The notes below the pieces were generated by a model. The model did not search any database. It worked only from the letters and a program-made list of their open reading frames with translations, and was not told where the DNA came from. A DNA stretch of 32,000 nucleotides from Caldivirga maquilingensis IC-167 (GTDB lineage: Archaea; Thermoproteota; Thermoprotei; Thermoproteales; Thermocladiaceae), in the NCBI RefSeq assembly GCF_000018305.1, contig NC_009954.1, forward strand, positions 480,001 through 512,000, written 5' to 3'. The position numbers and the translations under genes were made by a program. The number at the start of each line of letters is the position of its first letter. Within the stretch, counting starts at the first letter, position 1. This document shows, piece by piece, positions 17,389-24,841 of the stretch.

Positions 17389-17706
17389 GCTTTTCACAAA
17401 AGGTTACTCGGTAGGGGGAATGCTCGAGTTCTTGAAAGCTTGATGGGATTCATACCAGTTGATAAATGTATAGTGAGTTTACCAGCAACTGCGTTTAACT
17501 TAAGTAGCATTGGAGTCCTTAGGACAGTATCCATCATGGGCCCCGGCTAAATAATAATTGGTTTTTCACGAATCCAAGTTAACTTTTAATACTATGAGCG
17601 CCTACATGAGGGTAATTTAGAATACTGTGAATAAGGTCATTAAGCTTCTCTCTAAGCGAGGATACTTGACTAGTTTTAATACGAGGAGGATAATGAGTAA
17701 ACTTGT

Positions 17707-18327
17707 TTAAGCCTGTACTTCCCTATACCCAGCCTCCTTAGTTATGGTTATGACGTCAACACCCTCTCCACTTCCTGGGTCATGAAGCATCGCCGCTCTA
17801 ACCGCCCTGGTGGCTAGCTTAACAGCATCATCAAGGCTCATGTCATCCCTATAACCATCCTCAAGCACACCGAAGGCCGTTGGTGAACCACTGCCCGTTG
17901 ACATGAAGCGTTCCTCCCTTGTGAAGCTACCGTACCAGTCAACCGCATATAGGACCGGCCCCTCCTCATTATCCACTCCACCTATTATCATGTGGGCTAT
18001 GTATATCATCGGCCTGCTGTAGAACATGACTACTGAGGCATAGTTAGCTAGCGTCTTAATTGGTACTGGGGCTTGGTGCGTTATCCTATAGTTCATTGCT
18101 AAGTGGGTTAATTCATTTAGTATCATTTGTACATCAGCCACTGCCCCACTCATTGTTGCTGCCGCGTGGTTATCAATCTTCCATATCTTCCTACCCTTCC
18201 TATGAGCTATGTAGTAGCCTGCGGTAACCCTCCTGTCAGTGGCTAATACAACACCCTCCTTAGTAACCACACCCACTGTTGTTGTTCCAGTTAATAGGAC
18301 CTTTGGATCATTATGAATCCTACTCAC
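17707..18327 (-). CDS. psmB: proteasome beta subunit (Ntn hydrolase)
   Basis: The mature N-terminus is TTTVGVVTKEGVVLATDRR. I place the start at the GTG at 18327, giving a 14-aa propeptide (M)SRIHNDPKVLLTG and an 8-nt overlap with the FKBP stop. The ORF track's extension to 18447 lies in an alternative frame of the FKBP tail. Confidence 0.88.
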   Translation of the reverse strand: MSRIHNDPKVLLTGTTTVGVVTKEGVVLATDRRVTAGYYIAHRKGRKIWKIDNHAAATMSGAVADVQMILNELTHLAMNYRITHQAPVPIKTLANYASVVMFYSRPMIYIAHMIIGGVDNEEGPVLYAVDWYGSFTREERFMSTGSGSPTAFGVLEDGYRDDMSLDDAVKLATRAVRAAMLHDPGSGEGVDVITITKEAGYREVQA

Positions 18328-19120
18328 TGGAACCACCCTGAGTCTGCTGAATCTGCTGCGGCTGTTGTGCAGCCGCCTGTGCCTGTTGAGCCTCCTCCTG
18401 AGTAGCCTGTGGTTGCTGGGTTTGCTGCTCCTCCCTTGATACCTCAAGTTCCTCCACGTACACTATCTTCTTGACGTCAGTGAACCTCTGGGCTAATTCC
18501 TCAGCTATCCTGAACTTAACGGTGCCGATGCCCTCAATGAATAGCACCTCTGAGGGTAGCTTTATGGTTACTTGACCATTCTCATGCTTAGCCTCAACCC
18601 TACTCATGTCTAACCTAGGTAAGTACTGTCTAACTATCTCCTTAACCTTCTCCTCATCAGTGGTAAGCCTCTTAACAACCTTAGCGTTAACCACAATCAC
18701 CTTACCCGCCAATGGGTGATTGAAGTCCAGGATAACCCTACCACTTGAGACTGAAATAACCCTAGCCCTCTGATTATTGTACTCAACAATGTCACCAACC
18801 CTAGGCACCTTACCAGCCCTGTAGAATTCTCTAATTGAAACAACCTTAACCTTACCTTGATCCCTTAAGCCAAAGGCCTTCTCAGGGGGAACCTCCACAG
18901 TAACCTCAGAGCCTTCGTCACTCTTCAGTAGGGCCTCCTCAAGGGGTTCGAAGATCTTTGTTTCACCAAGTATTATTAACCTTGGGCCGTAGGCTTGATT
19001 AGGGTCATATATGTTAGCCTCCTTAGCCTTCTCCTCAATAGTGGTCTCAATAACCTTACCATCCTCCTTCGTAAGCATGGTGTAGTCCAGAAGTATGTAG
19101 TCACCCTTCTGCAGAACCAT
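18320..19120 (-). CDS. long-type archaeal FKBP peptidyl-prolyl cis-trans isomerase/chaperone with a Gln-rich C-terminal tail
   Basis: 266 aa. The FKBP core with its insert-in-flap reads GDYILLDYTM...PPEKAFG...GRVILDFNHPLAGK. The tail is EEQQTQQPQATQEEAQQAQAAAQQPQQIQQTQGGSSE. Its ATG overlaps the eS17 stop (TAATG). Confidence 0.85.
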   Translation of the reverse strand: MVLQKGDYILLDYTMLTKEDGKVIETTIEEKAKEANIYDPNQAYGPRLIILGETKIFEPLEEALLKSDEGSEVTVEVPPEKAFGLRDQGKVKVVSIREFYRAGKVPRVGDIVEYNNQRARVISVSSGRVILDFNHPLAGKVIVVNAKVVKRLTTDEEKVKEIVRQYLPRLDMSRVEAKHENGQVTIKLPSEVLFIEGIGTVKFRIAEELAQRFTDVKKIVYVEELEVSREEQQTQQPQATQEEAQQAQAAAQQPQQIQQTQGGSSE

Positions 19121-19374
19121 TAGGAACCACCCTCACTACTGGTTTTTACACTTTCACTTTCCTCAACCTCTTCCTCCTCGCCAGCAGTCTTAATGCGCTT
19201 AACCTGTGATGTTATGTAGCCTGCAATCCTATTCCTAACCTTCTTCGAAACCCCCTCAACTAATTGACCCACCACCTGCTTATTATGCTCAAAGTCCTCA
19301 GTAAACCTATCAGGGTACTGCTCCATAAGCATTCTACCAACCCTCTTAATGTAAGCTGGCCTAACCTTACCCAT
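19120..19374 (-). CDS. rps17e: ribosomal protein eS17 (S17e) with an acidic C-terminal extension
   Basis: MGKVRPAYIKRVGRMLMEQYPDRFTEDFEHNKQVV...VRNRIAGYITSQVKR. The start at 19374 is supported by the TATA at 19397..19406. The ORF track's upstream extension is not eS17-like. Confidence 0.9.
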   Translation of the reverse strand: MGKVRPAYIKRVGRMLMEQYPDRFTEDFEHNKQVVGQLVEGVSKKVRNRIAGYITSQVKRIKTAGEEEEVEESESVKTSSEGGS

Positions 19375-19396
19375 TAAGCAACGATGTTGAGTCGGT

Positions 19397-19406
19397 GGTT
19401 TTAAGC
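19397..19406 (-). promoter_or_regulatory. TATA box (GCTTAAAACC on the minus strand) for the eS17-FKBP-psmB unit
   Basis: It ends 22 nt upstream of the ATG at 19374. Confidence 0.45.
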
Positions 19407-19521
19407 GTTTCTTAGCATGAGGATTAATTCTAAACACCCCTTAACCTCAAAATCATTCCACCTAACCTAATAACCCTTAGGTGGTAAGTAAGCCTGCGTG
19501 ATTCCTAATTTACTGAATGCG

Positions 19522-19956
19522 CTAAGGTATCTCCACTACTTCGCTTAAAAGCTCATTAACATCCTTACCCTTGTACTTACCTATTACATCACTGACGTAG
19601 CTTATTAACCTCCCGTAGAGCCAGTGATTACTGCAGGCTGAGGAGTCGAATACTGCATCAGTTACGCTAACTTTACCATTATCAACAACCACGTAGCCAC
19701 CCCTCCTCAACTCCTCAACAGTATCCAGGAAGTCTTGACTAACCGGGAAGTAATCCTCAATACTCCAGGTGAATACTGAGAAGCCGCTTTGCTTATCCAC
19801 TATGTACATTAATAAGGCTAACTTATCTATGCTGCATGATCCATCAAGCATCCTAATTGAGTCAAGCAGTATGCACTTCCTTATATCCTCCATCACTGTA
19901 AATATGCGTAACCCCCCTTTAATAGTTATCCTCATAAACCTCATTAAAGCATCCAT
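19522..19956 (-). CDS. hypothetical protein, 144 aa, with a probable C-terminal winged-helix-like segment
   Basis: It contains ...IDKLALLMYIVDKQSGFSVFTWSIEDYFPVSQDFLDTVEELRRGGYVVVDNGKVSVTD.... There is a weak resemblance to DUF4065/Panacea-type domains. It is divergent from rpoK. Confidence 0.5.
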   Translation of the reverse strand: MDALMRFMRITIKGGLRIFTVMEDIRKCILLDSIRMLDGSCSIDKLALLMYIVDKQSGFSVFTWSIEDYFPVSQDFLDTVEELRRGGYVVVDNGKVSVTDAVFDSSACSNHWLYGRLISYVSDVIGKYKGKDVNELLSEVVEIP

Positions 19957-19988
19957 GTGGTTGAAAGCCTTGTTAACACGTAGTTAAG

Positions 19989-19996
19989 TTTATAAA
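19989..19996. promoter_or_regulatory. near-palindromic TATA box (tttataaa) positioned to serve rpoK (+) and possibly the divergent 144-aa gene (-)
   Basis: It is centred about 27 nt upstream of the rpoK ATG at 20020 and about 36 nt upstream of the ATG at 19956 on the other strand. The whole intergenic region is only 63 bp. Confidence 0.45.
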
Positions 19997-20019
19997 GGGC
20001 TTAATTATTGAAGACAGGC

Positions 20020-20322
20020 ATGTCAACAATCGACGAATTATACTCTTTAATTAGGGATGGTAAATTACCCTACCCACCCCGAATAACTAAGTACGAGTTC
20101 GCTAAGATAATTGCAGTTAGGACTAGGCAATTAATGGATGGTGCACCACCATTAGTTAACCCAAAGGAGATAGGGACCTCAGACCCAGTGGCAATAGCCT
20201 TCGAGGAGCTTAAGAGGGGTTTACTACCCTTCATAATAATTAGGAGACTACCCAACGGTAAGAGGGTTGAGTACACGCTTAAGGAGCTGCAGGAACTTGA
20301 AAGAAACGTTATGACATATTAA
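20020..20322 (+). CDS. rpoK: DNA-directed RNA polymerase subunit K (Rpo6, omega homologue)
   Basis: ITKYEFAKIIAVRTRQLMDGAPPLV...DPVAIAFEELKRGLLPFIIIRRLPNGK. I prefer the ATG at 20020 over the TTG at 20008 because of the TATA spacing. Confidence 0.9.
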   Translation: MSTIDELYSLIRDGKLPYPPRITKYEFAKIIAVRTRQLMDGAPPLVNPKEIGTSDPVAIAFEELKRGLLPFIIIRRLPNGKRVEYTLKELQELERNVMTY

Positions 20323-20420
20323 ACCACAACTCCACGCCCTAGATGCAGTTACTTACCGGGGACCTTACCCATTAATTAAACAATAATGCACTTACCGATT
20401 TGTAAACAGTGGATTAATTA

Positions 20421-22877
20421 TTACTTAACCTTAGTCCTAGCGATTAAGGCTACTATTATTATTAATACAATGACCCCCACAGTAATAGCCACCACTGTGG
20501 ACTCGGGGATAATGCTCCTAATGATGGTTGACGTTAATGTACTTACCTCAGTACTTACCACAGTACTAACCACCGTGGTAGTCACCACAGTAGTCACCGT
20601 GGTAGTTAGGTTAACTGGAACAGTGACCGTGGTAGTGGTTACTGGGGGAGGCTTAGCCATTATTAATACGGCATACTTGCTTAAGTTAACCCCTGTTACT
20701 GAGGGTACCCAACCATAGGGGGTTAATGTGGAGTTAAGGTTCACGTTAAGTAAATATGATTCACCGTTGATTACATACCCATCACTAATAACGTATACGT
20801 TAAGCACTAGGGTATAGCTATTAAGCATCAATTGATACATGGGTACTTTAAGGTTGATGGTGAAGTAACCACCATTACTAGTAGCCTCACCGGCGGCAAC
20901 CGACTCATACACTAGGCCATTGCTTGTGAATTGCATACCTGCTTGAGTTAAATTGGGGTGTATTAATGCAATAATCAGGTAATCACCCTTAGGTGAAATT
21001 AACCCATTAATATTAATGTTGAAGACCCCGGTATCGTAATTGTAGCTTGCGTTAACGCTACTTACATTAACAATAATGTTAACCGGATTAACGGGTATTA
21101 TACCCACCATAACTGCACTCTGGGTGTAGTATAGGTTAATGTTGAATGAAGCCAAGCCTCCAGTGGTTACGTTAATTAGGTCGCCGCCATTAAGGTTAAT
21201 TACAGCGTACGTGCCGTTGCGTAAGCCTAATGCTGTTAAGTTAACGTTAACGTGAAGCGTGTTAAGTGGATTACCGTAATTATTTAGGGCTAGGAATACT
21301 GAGTCATTGTTAATTATTGGGAAAGCCTCCACTGAGGCGTTAGTAGTTATTACCGGTTCCTCAATACCACTGAGGGCACCACCTAGGCCGCTGCTTAACC
21401 AGTTTGAATTAAAGGGTATTAGGACACCACCCCTACTTCTCCATTGATTAATAATACCCCGCACACTACTTGGGATTAGTTTTTCAGGCACCATTAATAT
21501 AATGTACCTGTAGTTGGATAGGTTAACTAAGCCTGCGGCTAATTCATTAACGGTTATTATGTTGAATGGGTAGTAGGCGTACTCATTATTCACGTTGAAT
21601 AAACTAGTGGGTATTAGGCCTGTTTCATGAACTAAATAGCGCCAATCACTGTAAGTACCCCCGAACATGGTCATGTACAGTAACGCAACCTTAGTGCTTG
21701 GGTAAGTTCCATTAATTAACTCATAGATTCCAGTGGCCATGGTATTTAATTGGACTGTTGGGTAGAACCAGTCTAGGCTCCTTATGAAGACGTAGTAATC
21801 ACCGCCTATTAACCATGGGTAACCGAGGATTAGGTGGGATATGTATTTACCGTAGTATGAACTTGAACTGGGTACAGGCGTCCACTCCATCATTAAGTGA
21901 ACATGGTAAACCCTGGCTAGGTTACCGAAGAACACTGCAAAGTTAGTCCAGTCAGCGTCATCAAGTACAATGGTTACGTTGTACCTTTCAGCTAATTGGA
22001 AGTATAATTCAGGCATCTGTAGGCTGTAAATATCATCTATTGAACCACCCCAGTAGAATAAGAGTAACCTATTGGGCCCAATAATGCTCCTAATCATACT
22101 GAATAATTCACTGTAGGTCTCATTAATGCTCCAAACCCTGAACTCCTGGAAGTAACGCCAATCACCAATGAATGGCAGTGTAGGTGGATTCACTTGACTA
22201 AAACTCCTGTAATCAGTCCCCCACTCCATATTGAGTAGAGTTATGTTATCGTGGTAAACCTGCATTAACCAATGCTGAAACATCACTATATCACTCTTAG
22301 CATAGCCTGGAGGTAAGCCATTAACACCAGGACCCCAGTCATCGTCAAGCCAACCATAGTCCACAAGTACGCCTAGGAAGTTACTGTAGTTAACGTATCT
22401 TGAAACCACGGTCTTAATGAAACCGAAGTAATACTGCCTATCAGTTTCATTCCACCAAGCCAAGGCCGGTGGAGACTGGGGGTGGCCATTTGAATTCACC
22501 TCAAGTTCACCATTATTAATAAGCCAGGGCGGTGTGGCGTTAAAATCACCGGTGGCGGCTGGCACTGAGTAGAAGAAGACTAAAATGACCCTAATGCCTA
22601 ATGCCCTAGTGTAATTCATGTACTGGTCAAGCACATGGAAGTCATACTCATTAGGCCCATACTCAACAGCACCCCATGGAACAGTTAGGAAGATGGTATT
22701 AAATCCAAGCTCCTTAATATCCATGAAGTACTTGAAATCATGAGGTGCACCACTGGGATTCAAGTACGGTACCTGAGTTGACCAAACCATTGGCGGTGAT
22801 TCCCCGTGAACAGGCGGAGTAAACTCAATTAGTATTAATAATACCGCAGCCACCAGTAGTATTTTTGAGATCCTCAC
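20421..22877 (-). CDS. exported, membrane-anchored glycoside-hydrolase-like protein (N-terminal TIM-barrel region resembling clan GH-A / GH42-GH5 type)
   Basis: 818 aa with a GTG start. The signal peptide is MRISKILLVAAVLLILIEFTPPVHG. ELGFNTIFLTVPWGAVEYGPNEYDFHVLDQYMNYTRALGIRVILVF resembles the GH-A beta2-beta3 region. It has many N-x-S/T sequons, a Thr/Val-rich stalk, and a C-terminal TM helix with a basic tail (ARTKVK). Confidence 0.6.
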   Translation of the reverse strand: MRISKILLVAAVLLILIEFTPPVHGESPPMVWSTQVPYLNPSGAPHDFKYFMDIKELGFNTIFLTVPWGAVEYGPNEYDFHVLDQYMNYTRALGIRVILVFFYSVPAATGDFNATPPWLINNGELEVNSNGHPQSPPALAWWNETDRQYYFGFIKTVVSRYVNYSNFLGVLVDYGWLDDDWGPGVNGLPPGYAKSDIVMFQHWLMQVYHDNITLLNMEWGTDYRSFSQVNPPTLPFIGDWRYFQEFRVWSINETYSELFSMIRSIIGPNRLLLFYWGGSIDDIYSLQMPELYFQLAERYNVTIVLDDADWTNFAVFFGNLARVYHVHLMMEWTPVPSSSSYYGKYISHLILGYPWLIGGDYYVFIRSLDWFYPTVQLNTMATGIYELINGTYPSTKVALLYMTMFGGTYSDWRYLVHETGLIPTSLFNVNNEYAYYPFNIITVNELAAGLVNLSNYRYIILMVPEKLIPSSVRGIINQWRSRGGVLIPFNSNWLSSGLGGALSGIEEPVITTNASVEAFPIINNDSVFLALNNYGNPLNTLHVNVNLTALGLRNGTYAVINLNGGDLINVTTGGLASFNINLYYTQSAVMVGIIPVNPVNIIVNVSSVNASYNYDTGVFNININGLISPKGDYLIIALIHPNLTQAGMQFTSNGLVYESVAAGEATSNGGYFTINLKVPMYQLMLNSYTLVLNVYVISDGYVINGESYLLNVNLNSTLTPYGWVPSVTGVNLSKYAVLIMAKPPPVTTTTVTVPVNLTTTVTTVVTTTVVSTVVSTEVSTLTSTIIRSIIPESTVVAITVGVIVLIIIVALIARTKVK
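20526..20651 (-). repeat. low-complexity ACN/GTN codon tract encoding the Thr/Val-rich stalk of the 818-aa protein
   Basis: It encodes PPPVTTTTVTVPVNLTTTVTTVVTTTVVSTVVSTEVSTLTST. The tract is also open on the opposite strand, which produces the spurious ORF at 20386..20718. Confidence 0.8.
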
Positions 22878-22900
22878 ATTAATTCATGATGCATTCGCGC

Positions 22901-22911
22901 TTTTTAATTTT
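22901..22911 (-). promoter_or_regulatory. TATA box (AAAATTAAAAA on the minus strand) for the 818-aa exported protein gene
   Basis: It is centred about 29 nt upstream of the GTG at 22877. Confidence 0.4.
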
Positions 22912-23031
22912 ACGGTATTAAGGAGGGTAAACATTATGCAGTGTTTACGATTACTAGACTTAATTAGCATGAAGCCTTTTAGGAAATTCATAGGGAATAA
23001 TTTAAATATTGTTTAATACCTTGCCGTTAAC

Positions 23032-24303
23032 CTACCTCCTCCTAACCAGCAGCGCCGCAATGACTGCTATTACGATTACTATGATTACTATGCCCACTAT
23101 TACGCTTGTCCCAATAACCTCCTTAGTAACTGTTAAGGTACTGGTTAAAGTGCTTACCAATGTTGCGGTACTAGTGGTGGTTAAGAGTGATGTGGTTGTT
23201 AACGTTGTCGTACTAGTCACAGGTGAAGTAACAGTGGTAGTGCTAACTGAGGTTGTGGTTGAGGTTACAGTGGTAGTGGTTGTGCTGGTTACTGTTGATG
23301 TTACGTAGGTTGTTGCCGTGGTGGTGACTGTGGTTGTTGTTGTGTTGGTTACCGTGATTATCGGTATTAATGGCTTAGTTAACTCAAGGTAATACTTATA
23401 TACTGTTATGTTCTCGAAGACGTTACTTAATTGACTTGATGTACCGAAGTCGTTACCAAGCTGGAATAAGTAGTAGTTCAGTAACCCAGTGAAGTTCCAC
23501 TGCAGCGGCCAATTGGTAACTAGTATATTGAATAAGTCGTAGAGCATACCAGTTATGTTTAATCCAACGTAGCCGCTTGGCTGATTAATACTTGGTACAA
23601 ACCAAGCTATAGTCCACATGCTTGATCCACCGTAGTAAACCCAAACCTGCCAACTCTCATCAACAATACTACCGTTAACAAACGTAGGCACAGTTATAGT
23701 ACCCATATTTGAACCACCCGGGGCCATATTATGCGTATAGTAGTATATTATCACCTCTAAATCACCTGGCTGGGCTCCACTGGTCTCATTAGGCGTTGCC
23801 CCCAGCCAAACCTGTAGTGATAAGTCAAACTGCAGGTTACCGGGAGTGAACTTAACCGTACTGTAGTTCACGTAAGCCCAAATACCTGGAAGCGATATGA
23901 CTTGAGCTGGAAGCATTAGTAATGGACTCATCTTAGGATATAAGCCACCCCACTGTGAATGACCATAGAATATTGCAGGGTAACCAAGAGTGACATCGTA
24001 TGAATATGTAGGCTTAATGAAGGTGTAATTCCGTATATAATATGCCACTCCCTCAGCAGCATTATACATTAAGATAGTTGAACCCGAGGTACCTGAGCCC
24101 ATGTCCCAAAGATTAGTAAAGAATAAGGCGTAACCAAGAAGCTTTGAGACGTATTGACTAGACATATTGCCAATAACCACTACGTTTGACGTAGTGTTAA
24201 AGGCTGGAACCAGCGGCACCACTTGCTGGGCATATGTAACTAGGAGACTGGCTGCGATCATTATTGCTAATAAGAACGTAACCCACTTACCTATTGCCGG
24301 CAT
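23032..24303 (-). CDS. exported GH12-like endoglucanase homologue with a C-terminal Thr-rich stalk and membrane anchor
   Basis: 423 aa with N-terminal signal/anchor MPAIGKWVTFLLAIMIAASLLVTYA. By eye it aligns to GH12 blocks: TNLWDMGSGTSGS (compare NNLWGASAGSG), GDLEVIIYYY (compare YELMIWL, the nucleophile Glu), WQVWVYYGGSSMWTIAWFV (compare WTLYYG...VYSFV) and FQLGNDFGT (compare YQFGTEPFTG). A 77-aa Thr-rich tract, a TM helix and RRR follow. Confidence 0.65.
   Translation of the reverse strand: MPAIGKWVTFLLAIMIAASLLVTYAQQVVPLVPAFNTTSNVVVIGNMSSQYVSKLLGYALFFTNLWDMGSGTSGSTILMYNAAEGVAYYIRNYTFIKPTYSYDVTLGYPAIFYGHSQWGGLYPKMSPLLMLPAQVISLPGIWAYVNYSTVKFTPGNLQFDLSLQVWLGATPNETSGAQPGDLEVIIYYYTHNMAPGGSNMGTITVPTFVNGSIVDESWQVWVYYGGSSMWTIAWFVPSINQPSGYVGLNITGMLYDLFNILVTNWPLQWNFTGLLNYYLFQLGNDFGTSSQLSNVFENITVYKYYLELTKPLIPIITVTNTTTTTVTTTATTYVTSTVTSTTTTTVTSTTTSVSTTTVTSPVTSTTTLTTTSLLTTTSTATLVSTLTSTLTVTKEVIGTSVIVGIVIIVIVIAVIAALLVRRR
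23125..23355 (-). repeat. low-complexity ACN/GTN codon tract encoding the 77-aa Thr-rich stalk of the GH12-like protein
   Basis: It encodes TVTNTTTTTVTTTATTYVTSTVTSTTTTTVTSTTTSVSTTTVTSPVTSTTTLTTTSLLTTTSTATLVSTLTSTLTVT. The antisense frame is open, which gives the spurious ORF at 23009..23308. Confidence 0.8.
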
Positions 24304-24812
24304 ATGTTATGTGGCTTAAGGTTTTTTAAGTTTACCCTATAGCTTACTTAACACTAAAATTAGCGATAGTATTTTAATTCAAGTATATAAGCATCTTACA
24401 TACATTTTATTAATCATTTTAAACCAACTACGGTACTATACGTACTTGAATGCGGCTAATCAGTTGCATAGTAAGTTAACATACTGAGTTATAGGGGAAG
24501 CAAAGAAAAGCCTTGTTAATTTAGAGTTAGTGAAGGGAGAGTTTTAATCATATTTTCTAACTTAAGGATCCAGTTGACGCTGGTGTGTGAGGTATATAAT
24601 ACCCTAAGGTGGGTATGCGTTTTCATAGTAGGATGGTGAAGAAGTAATGCAAAGTGAGTTAAGGCAATTGGCTCTGGATTTAAGGAAGCGGGCAAGGGGA
24701 TTAACGGCGTTGGCTAAGTATCCTAGGGAAAGAAATCCACAACAAGTACTACTCGCTTATTTACATTAAATGTATACTCATTATTAATGAATATATGATT
24801 AGGTGCATAATG

Positions 24813-24820
24813 CTTAAAAG
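24813..24820 (+). promoter_or_regulatory. TATA box (cttaaaag) for the oxidoreductase gene
   Basis: It is centred about 26 nt upstream of the ATG at 24842. Confidence 0.4.
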
Positions 24821-24841
24821 CCGTTAATCCAGGTAATTAAC

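Noticed and set aside
17394-17537. 47-codon minus-strand ORF (MMDTVLRTPMLLKLNAVAGKLTIHLSTGMNPIKLSRTRAFPLPSNLL) in the 352-bp psmB-infB gap.
   Set aside because: It has no recognisable family and no TATA at the standard distance: the candidates are about 10 nt or about 50 nt upstream. The composition is unremarkable. It cannot be supported from sequence alone, though the gap is long enough to merit RNA-seq.
18328-18447. The 40-codon N-terminal extension of the psmB ORF, starting from the ATG at 18447.
   Set aside because: It lies wholly inside the FKBP coding region in another frame. The Arg-rich text is a by-product of the CAG/CAA tract. Archaeal PsmB propeptides are short, and a GTG at 18327 sits at the FKBP stop. 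I kept it as a low-priority check in the findings.
19375-19437. The 21-codon N-terminal extension of the eS17 ORF (MFRINPHAKKRLKPPTQHRCL).
   Set aside because: eS17 proteins begin MGK/MGN. The TATA box at 19397..19406 lies inside the extension, and it is correctly spaced for the ATG at 19374.
20386-20718. 110-aa plus-strand ORF rich in Val/Thr.
   Set aside because: It is antisense to the Thr/Val stalk of the 818-aa exported protein. ACN/GTN codon tracts stay open and remain Val/Thr-rich on the complementary strand. There is no promoter and no independent support.
23009-23308. 99-aa plus-strand ORF rich in Val/Thr.
   Set aside because: The explanation is the same: it is the antisense shadow of the 77-aa Thr-rich tract and TM anchor of the GH12-like gene.
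20526-23355. Repetitive GTGGTnGTn/ACCACn tracts, considered as possible CRISPR or tandem-repeat loci.
   Set aside because: There is no regular repeat-spacer periodicity. The tracts are in frame inside long ORFs and encode Thr/Val stalks, so they are coding low complexity and not arrays.
24647-24769. 40-codon plus-strand ORF (MQSELRQLALDLRKRARGLTALAKYPRERNPQQVLLAYLH) in the 538-bp gap upstream of the oxidoreductase gene.
   Set aside because: It is short, has no convincing promoter spacing and resembles nothing I recognise. It is probably chance. The long AT-rich gap is more simply the upstream region of the divergent GH12-like and oxidoreductase genes.
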